Below are positions 62,701-64,000 of a stretch of DNA of 64,000 nucleotides, in pieces. The notes under the pieces were generated by a model. It had not been told where the DNA came from, ran no database searches, and saw only the letters and a list, made by a program, of their open reading frames with translations. Origin of the DNA: Pocillopora damicornis (Eukaryota); the NCBI RefSeq assembly GCF_003704095.1, contig NW_020843846.1, positions 62,001 to 126,000 on the forward strand. Direction: 5' to 3'. The position numbers and the translations under genes are program-made. The stretch's first letter is position 1; every line of letters starts with the position of its first letter.

Positions 62701-62705
62701 CTTGG
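50694..62705 (+). CDS. KCNH8: Elk-type (Kv12; KCNH3/4/8-like) voltage-gated K+ channel, 5' part; gene continues beyond the window
   Basis: Five phase-compatible exons: 50694-50769, 50974-51207, 60124-60255, 61142-61290, 62316-62705. They show the PAS cap [21 protein letters not shown] motif [14 protein letters not shown], Elk-type [31 protein letters not shown] and helices S1-S3. The symbol means nearest vertebrate-like member; a co-ortholog of KCNH3/4/8 is expected. Confidence 0.9.
50974..51207 (+). CDS. Elk/KCNH exon 2 (PAS domain)
   Basis: SNFVLGGAQ...[22 protein letters not shown]...FLYG...FYKKN. Confidence 0.93.
55285..55812. repeat. Diverged direct repeat (two copies of about 170 bp)
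   Basis: gaagccgaagtaa.gggattttcatg...aagtgaa.attttccaatt...gaaagaccc...ttcttctgattca at about 55285 and about 55650. Confidence 0.8.
59638..59849. mobile_element. TTAA-flanked non-autonomous element, copy 2
   Basis: Shares ctccttactgtctg...tcaactaataatcc...acttgtc...gtaaggagaaatt...aagggttaa with 14589-14780. Confidence 0.6.
60124..60255 (+). CDS. Elk/KCNH exon 3 (PAC)
   Basis: [32 protein letters not shown]. Confidence 0.92.
61142..61290 (+). CDS. Elk/KCNH exon 4 (N-linker)
   Basis: [14 protein letters not shown] resembles the Elk RRSRAVLYHLS-type linker; good splice sites. Confidence 0.82.
62003..62250. repeat. 17-bp minisatellite (actatgctatgcatcat)n
   Basis: About 13-14 units directly upstream of the Elk exon 5 acceptor. 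Confidence 0.95.
62316..62705 (+). CDS. Elk/KCNH exon 5 (S1-S3)
   Basis: LPQYK...[26 protein letters not shown]...FRTSFV...[21 protein letters not shown]. Confidence 0.95.
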
Positions 62706-63547
62706 GTAAGTAAAGCATTTATGTCGTTTGATAACGATCGATATCAAGTGCGGTGGAGGTAATTCCTACCACGCTCAGATACCAACAATCAAGGTTACAA
62801 CCCATAGCATGACGCGTATATGATATTACAGAAAGCAACAAAAAGAGTTCAGGACTCAGGCATCGAAACTGATAGAGTTTGGGATTTATTCACAACAAAC
62901 CCTCTTGTAAACAGAAATTATTTGAACTAGAGGGTTTCTAATTTTGTCGTCTTTCCTAGCCAACTGTTGTTGCGGTCTCGCACGCAACGCGCTATTGAAG
63001 CGCAATTTTCTATTGAAGTAATAACTTATTATTAACCTCTCCCCGAAAAAAAAAGGAAATTGCTTCCAGTTTAAGTAGCTGTTGGTGAAGGAGAGATCAC
63101 GTTGCGTGAACGATACGGCGCGCGCGTGATGATAGCAAACAACAGCTACAGGTATCACATTAAGTGCTTTTAAACAGAGTCCACTGAGGTGCGGCTTTCA
63201 GCAAAGGTCGAACAATGCCATATACTAACCATGCAAAACTAACTTTAACCGCTGTTCCGTGTAAATGCAACTTGCTTACAACTTGGCTTGAAATAGCTAT
63301 TTCTAACTTAACTTTCCAGATCTAGAATCATGCTAACAAAGCTTTAAAATCATTACAATTGCATTTAACTAACTTATAATACTAGAAACATAACAACGGA
63401 AATTGTAATCGGGCTGAATAAAGTTTTATTTTAAATTCCAAGAAATTTTGCTACTGGTCATCATCGCTATTATCCACTAATGGTCCGCTCTAATGAATTA
63501 GTACGTCGTATCATTGTTATATGCTTTTCTCTCTTTTCGTTATCTAG

Positions 63548-63589
63548 GCTCATTCAACATTTGATAGAAAAGGCTCTTCATTCAATGAG
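63548..63589 (+). CDS. candidate 42-nt Elk micro-exon (S3-S4 linker)
   Basis: Long polypyrimidine tract plus tag; open AHSTFDRKGSSFNE; GAG|gtacct donor; phase 0-0. Confidence 0.4.
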
Positions 63590-64000
63590 GTACCTCGTAG
63601 ATACATTTAGACTATGTACATTTCATCTCGAGTCTGAAAGTCTCACTTAAATTTATGTTTTCGCGTCACAGTAAGGCACCTTTATTGACCTTATTTCATT
63701 ATGTATATATAAATATACGTGTAAACCTTCGTTACTTTTTTTTCTCTTATTCTGATATTTTTTCTACTTTTTCTGACTAAACGCAGATTGTGCAGACCGT
63801 GTTGGTCGACTCTCCTTTGAAAAACAACTTGAGACATATCATTTCACCTTCCTCATCTTTGACTTTAAAACAAGCTTTAAAATTTGAATGACTCAAATAT
63901 CAATCGATAAGGATCTTACATCAAATAATTCGTGTCAATGTCCTTATGTAAGCAACTACGCACCTATCCCTCCCCTAACCCAACAAAATTGGCGAGACCT

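Overview
AT-rich, intron-containing eukaryotic DNA. The domain repertoire and repeats suggest a cnidarian, probably a stony coral (inference). It contains two + strand genes. (1) Positions <193-44644 hold a giant gene entering from upstream. By hand I join 54 exons (13,875 nt, about 4,624 aa in this window) with compatible phases. About 4,100 aa form an extracellular mosaic: 6x F5/8-C/discoidin (one partial), 2x CUB, fibrinogen-C, pentraxin, 2x LamG-like, 2x TLDc, 2x C-type lectin, MAM, WSC-like, F-type lectin, EGF-like, an unassigned Cys module, SEA and 10x FN3. This is fused to an ion-channel module with ionotropic-glutamate-receptor topology (S1-M1-pore loop-TM-S2-TM-tail) and an intact K+ selectivity filter, SMTTVGYGD. 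An intron splits the filter, so the ORF track misses it. A LamG-like domain and a MAM domain appear split, with other domains nested inside them. (2) From 50694 past the window end lies the 5' half of an Elk-type (Kv12/KCNH) voltage-gated K+ channel gene. The introns carry MITEs, a palindromic repeat family with a minimal hammerhead-like core, tandem repeats and two assembly gaps. All gene models are manual, with no transcript support.
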